64,000 bases of DNA from a bacterium (GTDB taxonomy: Bacteria > Acidobacteriota > Blastocatellia > HR10): the NCBI GenBank assembly GCA_041640655.1, contig JBEPZV010000001.1, positions 128,001-192,000 of the forward strand, given 5' to 3'. Below are positions 20,218 through 29,582 of this stretch, piece by piece. Position 1 is the stretch's first letter. Every line of letters begins with the position of its first letter. A model generated the notes under the pieces. That model was given only the letters and a program-made list of their open reading frames with translations. It ran no database searches and was not told where the DNA came from. The translations under genes were made by a program, and so were the position numbers.

Positions 20218-20799
20218 ATGCCCGCTGTCCCGTTAAAAGATGTGAACGATCTTCCGCCTGACCTGCAGCATCTCATCGCCGAGTATGACGCGTGGATCGG
20301 AGATACGACCTTCGCCCGCGTCATCGCCCATCGGCCCGAGGCCTTTCGGGCGTTTCACGCCTTGTACGTGTCGCTGCTCGAGGGCCGCGTCGAATCGGCG
20401 ATCAAGGAGCTGGCCCGACTGCGACTCGCGCGACTGAACGGATGTGCGTACTGAACGGCGGCGAATCTCGCCTGGGCCAGGCGAAACCAAATCCCCGAGG
20501 AGAAGATCCGCGGGCTCGATGACCCCGAGCGCGGGCCATTCACACCCCGCGAGAGGGCCGTCCTGAAACTGGCCGAGATCATGGCGCATCGCTCGCAGAT
20601 CGTCCTGGAAGCGGCGGTGCTGGAGGAGCTGAAGCGCGAGCTGACCGACGAGGAGCTCGTGGAGCTCGGCATGTACTTCGCGCTCGTCACCGGATTTCAG
20701 AAGTTCAACACCGCGTTCCGCATCCTCTACGCCTGCGCGACGGAGCCGTCCACCTCACCCGGCGGCGCCGATTTGACAGAGGAACGGGAGATGCGATAA
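20218..20799 (+). CDS. AhpD/carboxymuconolactone-decarboxylase-like selenoprotein candidate (CxxU), 193 aa
   Basis: ORFs 20218-20454 and 20581-20799 are in the same frame, separated only by the TGA at 20452-20454. Joined they read KELARLRLARLNGCAY-U-TAANL..FTPRERAVLKLAE..LTDEELVELG. Confidence 0.85.
20468..20484 (+). promoter_or_regulatory. Putative bacterial SECIS hairpin
   Basis: TCGCCTG-GGC-CAGGCGA perfect 7-bp stem; the G-containing loop starts 20 nt after the UGA. Confidence 0.7.
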
Positions 20800-20803
20800 A
20801 GTC

Positions 20804-20831
20804 CGTTGACCAAACGGACGTTTGGTCAACG
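20804..20831. promoter_or_regulatory. Perfect palindrome, putative TetR operator
   Basis: CGTTGACCAAACG-GA-CGTTTGGTCAACG (13-bp arms), directly before the GAGGAGG RBS. Confidence 0.75.
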
Positions 20832-20844
20832 AGGAGGCAGCGGC

Positions 20845-21261
20845 ATGATCGGCGGCGTGAATCACATCGCGCTTTTGGTCGCGGACCTGGAGGCGAGCAT
20901 CGAACGCTTCCAGCGCCTGTTGGGAGCGACGCTTCGGGAGCGCAGCTTCTTGCCCGAATCCAAGACCGAGGTGGCCGTGCTCGAGATCGGGGGCGTCCAC
21001 CTGGAGTTGCTCAGCGCGCGGGATCCGGATACCAAGGTCGGGCGCTTGCTCCGAGAGCGCGGGGAGGGGATCCACCACATCTCGTTTCACGCTCACGGCC
21101 TGGAGGCCGAATTGGCGCGCCTGCGCGAACAAGGGGCGCGCGTCCTCGATCCCCAACCGCGCACCGGATTGCATGGGCGGAAGATCGCGTTCCTCAATAT
21201 GGGCACAAACGGCGAGATCCTCATCGAGCTGGCCGAGGAGCCGAGCGAGTCCGCGGGCTGA
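20845..21261 (+). CDS. VOC-family protein, methylmalonyl-CoA epimerase-like
   Basis: NHIALLV, LELL, GEGIHHISF, PRTGLHGRKIAFL, LIELAE. Confidence 0.85.
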   Translation: MIGGVNHIALLVADLEASIERFQRLLGATLRERSFLPESKTEVAVLEIGGVHLELLSARDPDTKVGRLLRERGEGIHHISFHAHGLEAELARLREQGARVLDPQPRTGLHGRKIAFLNMGTNGEILIELAEEPSESAG

Positions 21262-21271
21262 GGAGAGTCAT

Positions 21272-22126
21272 ATGAAGGGAGCCATTGACGTCTGGTGCAA
21301 CCCGTTTACGCCCTCGGGGATCAAGCACCTCTTCCTCGACAACGAGGAAGTCTACTTCATGATGGGGATTCAATGGGGACGCGCCGAGAATATGAAGGGG
21401 CATGAGCCGCGCGAGTTCATCGCGATGATGGACCGGCTCGGCATCGAGAAGGTCTGCGTCCCCGCGCTCAAGCAGGCGTTCTATCGGAAGAACAAGATGG
21501 GCGCCGACTTCGCCTACGAGGAGATCGCCGAGCTGGTGCGGGCGTATCCGGATCGCATCGTGGGATTGGCCGGCATCAATCCCTTCGAGCGCATGCAGGG
21601 CGTGCGCCAGCTCGAACGGGCCGTTCGCGAGTACGGCTTCCGCGGCGCCCATATCCATCCGTACGGGTTCGGACTCCCGCTCAATGCGGCCGAGTGGTAC
21701 CCCTTCTACGCCAAATGCGCGGAGCTGGACATCCCGATCGTCATCCAGACGGGCCATTCGGCCGAGTTCATGCCGAGCGCCTGCGGTCGCCCGATCCTGC
21801 TCGACGACGTCGCCCTCTATTTCCCCGAGCTGCGATTGGTCGCCGCGCATACGGGATGGCCCTGGGTCGAGGAGCTGATCGCCCTGGCATGGAAACATCC
21901 TAACGTCTATATCGCCGTCAGCGGACATGCTCCGAAATATTGGGACAAGTCGCTCGTTCACTTCCTCAACTCGCGCGGCATTGGGAAGGTGATGTGGGGG
22001 ACGGATTATCCGCTCATCCTGCATGAGGAGAGCCTGACGCAGATCGAACAGCTCGGGTTGAAGCCGGAGGCCAAGCGGGCGCTCCTGCGGGAGACGGCCG
22101 TGAAGGTCTTCAAGTTCGAGGAGTGA
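21272..22126 (+). CDS. Amidohydrolase_2 family protein
   Basis: AYPDRIVGLAGINP, YPFYAKCAELDIP, VAAHTGWPWVEE, KHPNVY, WGTDYP. Confidence 0.88.
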   Translation: MKGAIDVWCNPFTPSGIKHLFLDNEEVYFMMGIQWGRAENMKGHEPREFIAMMDRLGIEKVCVPALKQAFYRKNKMGADFAYEEIAELVRAYPDRIVGLAGINPFERMQGVRQLERAVREYGFRGAHIHPYGFGLPLNAAEWYPFYAKCAELDIPIVIQTGHSAEFMPSACGRPILLDDVALYFPELRLVAAHTGWPWVEELIALAWKHPNVYIAVSGHAPKYWDKSLVHFLNSRGIGKVMWGTDYPLILHEESLTQIEQLGLKPEAKRALLRETAVKVFKFEE

Positions 22127-22129
22127 GCC

Positions 22130-22921
22130 GTGTCCGACTATCGGTTCCTGACGATCCATCGGGACGAGGGCGTGGCGGAGGTCATCCTGCGGAAGCCGCC
22201 GATGAACACGCTGGATCCCGCGCTCTACCAGGAGCTGATGCGCGTGAGCGAGGAGTTGGAGGCCGATGAGCGGACGCGCGCCGTCGTCTTCACGAGCGCT
22301 CTGGAGCGGGTCTTCATCGCCGGAGCGGACATCAAGCAGATGGCCGAATATCGGTTCGAGCGGAAACCGTTGGAGCGAAAGATCGAGCTGGTCCACGCCA
22401 CCTTCACCCGCGTGGAGCGCCTCTCCAAGCCGACGGTGGCGGCCATCACCGGACACGCCCTCGGCGGGGGATGCGAATTCGCACTAGCGCTCGACTTCCG
22501 CTTCATGTCCAAGGGGGCACCGCGCATCGGATTGCCGGAGGTCAAACTGGGCATCCTCCCCGGAGGAGGGGGGACGCAACGCCTGCCCCGGTTGATCGGT
22601 CGCATGCGCGCGGCGGAGCTGATCATGACCGGAGAGCTTCTCGACGCCGAGCGCGCGGAGGCCATCGGGCTGATCACGCGCGCCTGTGAGCCGGAACGCA
22701 CGCGAGCAGAGGCGCTCGAGTTCGCGCGCCGTCTGGCGGCGCAAGCCCCGCTGGCCGTGCGCGCCATCAAGCGATGTTTGATCGAATCGGCGGCGACGGA
22801 TCTGGAAACCGGTCTGGCCATCGAAAAACGGTATTGCCTGGAGGCCCTCCTCTCGGAAGATGCGCGCGAGGGGATCACGGCTTTCCTCGAGAAACGTTCT
22901 CCGCATTGGAGGGGGCGATGA
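22130..22921 (+). CDS. Enoyl-CoA hydratase/isomerase
   Basis: FIAGADI, GHALGGGCE, GLPEVKLGILPGGGGTQRL. Confidence 0.92.
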   Translation: MSDYRFLTIHRDEGVAEVILRKPPMNTLDPALYQELMRVSEELEADERTRAVVFTSALERVFIAGADIKQMAEYRFERKPLERKIELVHATFTRVERLSKPTVAAITGHALGGGCEFALALDFRFMSKGAPRIGLPEVKLGILPGGGGTQRLPRLIGRMRAAELIMTGELLDAERAEAIGLITRACEPERTRAEALEFARRLAAQAPLAVRAIKRCLIESAATDLETGLAIEKRYCLEALLSEDAREGITAFLEKRSPHWRGR

Positions 22922-24036
22922 GACGCGTGGCCATCCTCGGGGCGGCTCAGACGCGACTGGAGGCCTGCAAGGCCTCGCTCGCGTACAACGAATTGGTCTA
23001 CGGCGTCGTGCGCGAGGTGCTCGATCGCACGGGCGTGCCGATGCGGGAGATCGAGAGCATGGTGACGGCCTCGCAGGATGCCTACGATGGGAAGACCATC
23101 TCCGGGATGGCCATCAACGAGGTCGTCGGGGCGTACCTGAAATCCGAGGCGAAGGTGGCCGCCGACGGACTTCAGGCACTGCTCTATGGCGTCGCCCGCA
23201 TCCTCTCGGGCGAATTCGACCTGACGCTCGTCGTCGCCCATTGCAAGGAGTCGGAGGGGGATCCCGCCGCCATCACGGGCTTGATGTTCGATCCCTTCGT
23301 CCAACGCCCTCTGCACCTCGATGAGCTGACGGCGGCGGCGCTGCAGGCGCGTCGCTACTGTCGGAAGAAGGGGCTCGCTCCGGAGGACGTCGCGCTCGTC
23401 TCGGTGAAGGCGCATCGCCAGGCGCTCAAGAATCCGTACGCTCAGCGGGCCGGGATGTTCAGCGTGTCCGACGTGCTCGCGTCCCCCCTGTTGGCGGATC
23501 CGATCCACGAGCTGGAGGCGGCCCCGCATTCCGACGGCGCCTGCGCGCTGCTGCTGGCGAGCGAGGCGCGCGCGCGCGCCCACACGGATCATCCCGTGTT
23601 CATCGTCGGCATCGGGAACTGCACCGACGCCTATTGGACCGAGCGCGATCTGGCCGAGGCCCGCGCGCTCCAGGAGGCGGCGCGGCGCGCATATGCCATG
23701 GCGGGGATCCGCGAGCCGGCGCGCGAGATTCACGTCGCGGAGATCTCGGCGCGCTATGCGCACGAGGAGTTGATGGCCATCGAAGCGCTCGGCCTCCACC
23801 CGAATCCGGTGGAGCTGATCGCCCAAGAGCGCGCCGCATTCATCAATCCCTCCGGCGGCCCGCTCTGCGGGAATCCCCCCACGGTGAGTGGGCTCGTGCG
23901 CGCCATCGAAGCATATGCGCAATTGAGCGGAGAGGCCGGAGCGCGCCAGATCGAAGGCGCGCGCACGGCCCTGGCCCACGGAGCGGGCGGCATCTGCGGT
24001 CAGAACCAGACGGTCGTGATCCTCCAGAGGGAGTGA
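22918..24036 (+). CDS. SCP-x-type thiolase-like protein lacking the catalytic Cys (Ltp4-like)
   Basis: SQDAYDGKTIS, EAKVAADG (no Cys), SDGACALLLA, AEISARYAHEE, NPSGGPL. Confidence 0.8.
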   Translation: MRRVAILGAAQTRLEACKASLAYNELVYGVVREVLDRTGVPMREIESMVTASQDAYDGKTISGMAINEVVGAYLKSEAKVAADGLQALLYGVARILSGEFDLTLVVAHCKESEGDPAAITGLMFDPFVQRPLHLDELTAAALQARRYCRKKGLAPEDVALVSVKAHRQALKNPYAQRAGMFSVSDVLASPLLADPIHELEAAPHSDGACALLLASEARARAHTDHPVFIVGIGNCTDAYWTERDLAEARALQEAARRAYAMAGIREPAREIHVAEISARYAHEELMAIEALGLHPNPVELIAQERAAFINPSGGPLCGNPPTVSGLVRAIEAYAQLSGEAGARQIEGARTALAHGAGGICGQNQTVVILQRE

Positions 24037-24042
24037 AGGGAT

Positions 24043-25206
24043 ATGCCGCGACGCGTCGCCATCATCGCCACGGGACAGACCAAACACGCCGCGCGACGAC
24101 TCGATGTCAATATCGCCGAGCTGATCACCGAGGCCGTCACCCGCGCCCTTCAGGATGCGGACCTCACGATGCGGGACATTGATGCCGTCCTGCTCGGTAA
24201 TATGGAGCCGTTCGAGGGATTCCTCTTCCCGGAATTGTGGGCCGTCGAAGGGTGGGGGGGGTATATGAAGCCCTCGGTGAAGTTCAATACCGGCGGGACC
24301 GTGGGGACGACCACGGCCATCGCGGCCTACTACTACGTCGCCAGCGGCATCTACGATACGGTGCTGGCCATCGGATTTCAGAAGCAGTCCGAAGGCCATA
24401 CGCAGACGGCGATCACGACAGTGGGCGACCCCATCTGGGAGCGCTCGGTCATGGCCGGAGCCATCGGCAACTTCGCCGTCATGGCGACGACCTATATGCA
24501 CGAGAGCGGCGTGACCGAGGAGCAAGCGGCTAAGGTCGCCGTCAAAGCGCGCCGCAATGCCTGCCTCAACGAATACGCGCATCTGCAGATGCCCGACATC
24601 ACCGTCGAAGATGTCTTGAAGTCCGAGATGCTCGCCTATCCGGTGAAGCGACTCGACATGTGCCCGCAGTCGGATGGGGCGGTCGCCGTCATCTTCGCCG
24701 AGGAGTCGAAGGCGCAGAAGCTCTGTCCGCGGCCGGCGTGGATCAAGGCCGTCGCGACGGCGCACGAACAGCAGTACATGGGGGACAGCCCCAAACGCTT
24801 GGCCGAGATGCGGAGTTTGATCGCGGCGTCGCGTCGCGCCTATCAGGCCGCGGGGATCACGAATCCGCGCCGGGAGCTGGATGTCGCCGAGATCTACGAG
24901 GTCGCCTCGTTCGCCGAATTGGCCATGTACGAGAATCTCGGATTTTGCGAACGGGGCGAAGGGGGGAAACTCATCGACGCCGGAGTCACCGAGTTGACCG
25001 GAGAGTTGCCGGTCAACCCCTCGGGCGGCGTCCTGTCCACGAATCCGATCGGCGCGACGGCGCTCATTCGCGTCGCCGAAGCCGCCTTGCAGATCATGGG
25101 CAAGGCGGGGAGACGACAGGTCGAGGGCGCGCGCACGGCCCTGGCCACGGGATACGGAGGGAACGCATGGACCGACATCCTCATCCTGAGTCGCGAGAAG
25201 CCGTGA
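24043..25206 (+). CDS. SCP-x-type thiolase-like protein / aldolase (Ltp3-like)
   Basis: FNTGGTVGTTT (no Cys), CPQSDGA, AEIYE, NPSGGVLSTNPIGA. Confidence 0.82.
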   Translation: MPRRVAIIATGQTKHAARRLDVNIAELITEAVTRALQDADLTMRDIDAVLLGNMEPFEGFLFPELWAVEGWGGYMKPSVKFNTGGTVGTTTAIAAYYYVASGIYDTVLAIGFQKQSEGHTQTAITTVGDPIWERSVMAGAIGNFAVMATTYMHESGVTEEQAAKVAVKARRNACLNEYAHLQMPDITVEDVLKSEMLAYPVKRLDMCPQSDGAVAVIFAEESKAQKLCPRPAWIKAVATAHEQQYMGDSPKRLAEMRSLIAASRRAYQAAGITNPRRELDVAEIYEVASFAELAMYENLGFCERGEGGKLIDAGVTELTGELPVNPSGGVLSTNPIGATALIRVAEAALQIMGKAGRRQVEGARTALATGYGGNAWTDILILSREKP

Positions 25207-25670
25207 GCCGGGAGGAGACGACGCTCCGCGTCCCCTTCCTCCTGGACATGGAATATCGCTACGCCGTCGGCCAATACGGGAGGCGATTTTTCGCCGAACT
25301 GCGCGATCGCGCCCGCCTGATGGGCGTGCGCTGCCCCGAGTGCGAACGGGTCTATGTGCCGCCGCGCCCCGTCTGCGGCATCTGCTACTGCGAGTTGCAT
25401 GAATGGGTCGAGGTCGGCCCCGAAGGGACGATCGTCGGATGGACCGTCGTGCGTATCCCCTTCATTGATCCCATGACCGGCGAGCAGCGCCCCGTCCCCT
25501 ACGGCTTCGCCATCATCCGCCTGGATGGCGCGGCGACGAGCCTCTACCACTTCCTGGACGAGACCGACGAACGCAAGATTCGCGTCGGACAGCGCGTGCG
25601 CGCCGTCTTTCGGGAGAAACGCGAGGGATCGCTGCGCGACATCCTCCACTTCCGCCTCCTCGAGGAGTGA
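25203..25670 (+). CDS. DUF35 Zn-ribbon/OB-fold protein
   Basis: CPECERVYVPPRPVCGIC; GQRVRAVF; GTGA overlap. Confidence 0.9.
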   Translation: MSREETTLRVPFLLDMEYRYAVGQYGRRFFAELRDRARLMGVRCPECERVYVPPRPVCGICYCELHEWVEVGPEGTIVGWTVVRIPFIDPMTGEQRPVPYGFAIIRLDGAATSLYHFLDETDERKIRVGQRVRAVFREKREGSLRDILHFRLLEE

Positions 25671-25671
25671 G

Positions 25672-26088
25672 ATGAGCGAGTGGATCGTTCGACAAAAGAT
25701 TCGCATCCCCTTCCACTATACGACCGGTCGCACCCTCACGCGCTTCCTCACAGGGCTCGCCCAATGTCGCATCTGGGCGACCCGATGCGCTGCCTGCGCG
25801 CGCGTCTACGTCCCGCCGCGTAGCTTCTGCGGACGATGCTGGCGGGAGATCACCGAATGGCGGGAATTGCCCGCCGAAGGAGAGGTGATGAGCTACACGG
25901 TGCGACCTGCCGACCCCCCGCTGATCCTCGGCCTCATCCGCTTGGATGGAGCCGACACCGCTCTCGTGCATCGCCTGGGCGAGGTCGAGCCCGAGGAGCT
26001 GGAGCGCGTGGTTCGCGTCCGCGCCGTATGGCGCGAGGATCGAATCGGGAGCATCCTGGACATCGCCTACTTCGCCCCAGTGCGATAG
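25672..26088 (+). CDS. DUF35 Zn-ribbon/OB-fold protein
   Basis: CAACARVYVPPRSFCGRC; LDGADTALVH. Confidence 0.9.
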   Translation: MSEWIVRQKIRIPFHYTTGRTLTRFLTGLAQCRIWATRCAACARVYVPPRSFCGRCWREITEWRELPAEGEVMSYTVRPADPPLILGLIRLDGADTALVHRLGEVEPEELERVVRVRAVWREDRIGSILDIAYFAPVR

Positions 26089-26098
26089 GGAGGGAGCC

Positions 26099-27247
26099 AT
26101 GGATTTCGGATTCACCCAAGAGCAGTTGCAGATCAAGAAGGCCGTGCGGGAATTCGCCCTGCGCGAGATCGCTCCCCATGTGGCCGCGTATGACCAGCAG
26201 GAGCGATTCCCCGTCGAGATCGTCCGAAAGGCGGCGGCGCAGGGCTATATGGGGGGCGTCGTCCCCGTCGAGTACGGCGGCGCGGGCCTGGATTACGTCA
26301 CCTATACGCTCATCATCGAGGAGATCTCGCGGGTGTGCCAGATCGTCGGCTGCGCCCTCTCCTTCCCCAGCGGCCTGGCGGGATCGGCCATCCTCCGCTA
26401 CGGGACGGAAGAGCAGAAGCAGAAGTATCTGAGGCCGCTCGCTCAGGGCGAAGCGTTCGCCTCCGTGGCGCTCACCGAGCCGGGATCGGGGACGGACGTC
26501 GCCGCCATGCGCACGATGTGTCGGCGGGATGGGAGATATTACGTTCTCAATGGGGCGAAAGCCTGGATCAGCTTCCTCGATGTGTGTGATTGGGTGCTGA
26601 CCTTCGCCACCCTGGATCGCAGCTTGGGCCATAAGGGCATCTGCGCCTTCATCGTCGAACGCGGCACACCGGGCATGACCTTTCGACCTTACACGCACAA
26701 GCTCGGGTTCAAACCCTTGTGCACGGGCGAAGTCGTCTTCGAGGACTGTCGCGTCCCCATTGAGAACCGCATTGGGGAGGAGGGCGAGGGCTTCCGCGTC
26801 GCCATGTGCGCAGTTGAGAACGGACGTCTGGGCGTCGCCGCGCGCGCCGTGGGGATGGCTCAGGCGTGCCTGGACGAGGTCATCGCGTATGCGCGCGAGC
26901 GCGTCGTCTTCGGTCAGCCCATCGGGAAGTTCCAACTGGTCCAGTCCAAGATCACCGATATGGTCGTGGGGATCGAGAGCGCGCGCTATCTGACTTACCG
27001 GCTGGCCTGGCTCAAGGACCAAGGCGTTCAGGATGTTCGCCGCGAGGCCTCCATCGCCAAGATGGTCGCCACCGATGTCGCCCTCATGGCGGCCACTCAC
27101 GCCGTGCAGATCTTCGGCGCCTACGGCTGTTCGGCCGAATATCCCGTCAGCCGATACTATCGCGACGCCAAGGTCTTTCAGATCGTCGAGGGCGTCAATG
27201 AGCTGCATCGCGTGCTCATCGCCGAGTATACTCTGGGCTATCGCTGA
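26099..27247 (+). CDS. Acyl-CoA dehydrogenase
   Basis: ALTEPGSGTD, NGAKAWIS, FGQPIGKFQ, YYRDAKVFQIVEG. Confidence 0.93.
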   Translation: MDFGFTQEQLQIKKAVREFALREIAPHVAAYDQQERFPVEIVRKAAAQGYMGGVVPVEYGGAGLDYVTYTLIIEEISRVCQIVGCALSFPSGLAGSAILRYGTEEQKQKYLRPLAQGEAFASVALTEPGSGTDVAAMRTMCRRDGRYYVLNGAKAWISFLDVCDWVLTFATLDRSLGHKGICAFIVERGTPGMTFRPYTHKLGFKPLCTGEVVFEDCRVPIENRIGEEGEGFRVAMCAVENGRLGVAARAVGMAQACLDEVIAYARERVVFGQPIGKFQLVQSKITDMVVGIESARYLTYRLAWLKDQGVQDVRREASIAKMVATDVALMAATHAVQIFGAYGCSAEYPVSRYYRDAKVFQIVEGVNELHRVLIAEYTLGYR

Positions 27248-27264
27248 CGTGAGGGAGAGGGCTT

Positions 27265-28662
27265 ATGGCGAAGTACGACGTCGTCATCATCGGCGCCGGA
27301 GCCGCCGGACTGACGGCCGGAGCCCTGTTGGCCAAGTTCGGGAAGCGGGTGCTCATCCTGGAACGCGACGCCTATCTCGGCGGCCGCGCTATGGCCATCC
27401 CTTATGAGGGGTATCGGCTCAACCTCGGTGGCCATCTCCTCGAGGATAGCGGATCGGGCATCACCCGGATCTTCCAGTTCCTCGGGAAGCGGCTCGAGCA
27501 CGGTGTCGTCAATCAGGGCCTCCCCTTCTGGGACAATCGCGACGGACGATGGCGGCCCATCCAGGAGCGCTATCGCGTGGAGAAGGGCGAGCTGAAGAAG
27601 ATCATCCGCATCCTCTGCGAGACCGATTTCTCGGAGTTCGACCGCTACGATCATCTCCCCCTGCGAGCGTGGCTCCTGGAGCATACGCGCAGCGAGGGCA
27701 TCATCGAGCTGTTCGAGTACATCGCCATGGCGGAATGTCTCACCGAGCGGTGGTACGATCACTCGGCCAGCGATAATCTCTACGTGCGCAAGATGCATTA
27801 TCAGGAGAAGCAAACGGCAGGATATTCCTTCTGGCCCGTCGGCGGATGGGACGGGATGTTCCACACCCTCGCCGAGGCCGTTCGCGAACGTGGGGGAGAG
27901 ATCCGACTGCACACGCGCGCCCATCGCGTGCTCATCGAGAACGGGCGCGTGACGGCCGTGGCCCTGGAGCCGGTAGAGAAGGCCATCCCCACGGAAGCCT
28001 TCAACCTGGAGTATGTGGAGACAGATGTGGTCATCTCCACCCTGCCCGTCTGGAACGTCCTGGAGGTCGTGCGCGAGCAGGATCTGCCCGATTGGTACGT
28101 GGCCCAGGTGAAGACGCTCGCGCAGGATCGCTTCCGCGTCTGCTGGCTGGGCTTTTACGTCGCCTGTCACGAGCCGATCACCACGGGCACGTCGCTCACG
28201 GAGCTGGCCGTGTGGTTCGAAGCCCCATACAGCCGATTGCCCGGATGGGCGTTTCTGGTCTCGGGGATGGATCCGACGACGGCTCCCGAGGGGAAACACT
28301 TGTTCAACTGCGGATTCGCGTTCCAGGGCGTGCGCGACCGGGAATGGATCGAGCGGAAGTTCGAGGAGGCCGAGCGCGACCTGGCCGCCATGTACCCGAC
28401 GACGTTCACGCCGAGGAACATCATCTGGAAGAAGCGCCACCTGGTGATGTATCCCCCCTTCGGCGTCATTCAAAAGCCGTGTCTGGTCGGTCGCTACCGA
28501 CCCGATTATCGCGCACCGAACGTGGAGGGGTTATACTTCGCCTCGGAGACCTTTCGCTCGCGTGGCATCGGCGTGGATCGCGCCGCGCGCGCGGCCTTGA
28601 CCTGCGTCGAACAGATCCTGGGCTTTCGCATCCCGGAGTTCGCCGATTCATGGCATTACTGA
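27265..28662 (+). CDS. FAD-dependent oxidoreductase (phytoene desaturase/amine oxidase fold)
   Basis: VIIGAGAAGL, LERDAYLGGRA, PVGGW, APEGKHL, NVEGLYFAS. Confidence 0.8.
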   Translation: MAKYDVVIIGAGAAGLTAGALLAKFGKRVLILERDAYLGGRAMAIPYEGYRLNLGGHLLEDSGSGITRIFQFLGKRLEHGVVNQGLPFWDNRDGRWRPIQERYRVEKGELKKIIRILCETDFSEFDRYDHLPLRAWLLEHTRSEGIIELFEYIAMAECLTERWYDHSASDNLYVRKMHYQEKQTAGYSFWPVGGWDGMFHTLAEAVRERGGEIRLHTRAHRVLIENGRVTAVALEPVEKAIPTEAFNLEYVETDVVISTLPVWNVLEVVREQDLPDWYVAQVKTLAQDRFRVCWLGFYVACHEPITTGTSLTELAVWFEAPYSRLPGWAFLVSGMDPTTAPEGKHLFNCGFAFQGVRDREWIERKFEEAERDLAAMYPTTFTPRNIIWKKRHLVMYPPFGVIQKPCLVGRYRPDYRAPNVEGLYFASETFRSRGIGVDRAARAALTCVEQILGFRIPEFADSWHY

Positions 28663-28676
28663 GCAGGGGCGCGCCC

Positions 28677-29579
28677 ATGAGGAGCATCGAGCGAAAATCG
28701 CTGATCATCGACGAGCGGGAGGCCGCCTCCTGGATCCGCGATGGGATGACCATCGCCATCGGCGGCTTCATCAATTCGAGCCATCCGATGGCCATCGTGC
28801 GCCAGATCATCCGTCGGGGAGTGCGCGATCTCACGGTCATTGGACCGGCCTCGGGCGGCCTCGATCTGGATCTCCTCATCGGAGCCGGATGCGTCCGGAA
28901 GCTCGTGACGGCTTACATGGGGGGCGAACACTACTGTCCGGTCGCCCCGATGTTCCGCGCCGCCGTCGAACGCGGGGAGCTCCAGGTTTGGGAGTGCGAT
29001 GAGGGGATGTATTACTGCGCCCTGCGCGCGGCAGCCCAGCGCCTGCCCTTCACGCCGTGGAAGGCCGGGATCGGGACGTCGTTCCCCGACGTCAACCCGG
29101 ACATCAAGGTCTTCCCCGATCCGATCACGGGCGAGCCGCTTCTGGCCATCCCGGCCATCAAGCCCGACATCGCCCTCATCTACGCCGCCCACGCCGATCC
29201 ATACGGGAACATCCAACACATCGGGACGGGATTCGGCGATCGGGCCCTCTGGCGCGCCGCCGATCGGACGATCGTGCAGGTCGAGCGGATCATCCCCAAC
29301 GAGGAGGTGCGGAAGAATCCGTTGGCGACATCCCTCTACGGCGTGGACGCGATCGTGCGCGCCCCCTACGGCTCGCATCCGTTCGCCGCGCCGGGCTACT
29401 ACATCGAGGATGCCGAGCATCTGCGCGAATATGTGGCCGCGGCCACCGCCTACGCCAAGCACGGCGATCGCGGACCCTTCGAGGCGTACCTGCGGCAATA
29501 TGTCCTCGAGCCGGAGACGCATGCCGATTACCTGGAGGTCATCGGGATTCGCCGCCTCATCAGCTTGCACGAGTATTGA
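28677..29579 (+). CDS. IpdA-like CoA-transferase-family alpha subunit
   Basis: DGMTIAIGG, PMAIVR; WECDEGMYYCALRAAAQRLPF closely resembles the IpdA EMDEGM..AAAQRLPF segment. Confidence 0.88.
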   Translation: MRSIERKSLIIDEREAASWIRDGMTIAIGGFINSSHPMAIVRQIIRRGVRDLTVIGPASGGLDLDLLIGAGCVRKLVTAYMGGEHYCPVAPMFRAAVERGELQVWECDEGMYYCALRAAAQRLPFTPWKAGIGTSFPDVNPDIKVFPDPITGEPLLAIPAIKPDIALIYAAHADPYGNIQHIGTGFGDRALWRAADRTIVQVERIIPNEEVRKNPLATSLYGVDAIVRAPYGSHPFAAPGYYIEDAEHLREYVAAATAYAKHGDRGPFEAYLRQYVLEPETHADYLEVIGIRRLISLHEY

Positions 29580-29582
29580 CCT

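Noticed and set aside
20218..20799. Two separate small genes as given in the ORF track
   Set aside because: Same frame, family-like linker and CxxU position favour one recoded gene.
22225..24765. Long minus-strand ORFs (also 10859-12745, 32652-34718, 36717-38702, 40359-41939) and + strand 61564-63633
   Set aside because: Antisense shadows of well-supported genes in GC-rich DNA; no recognisable motifs.
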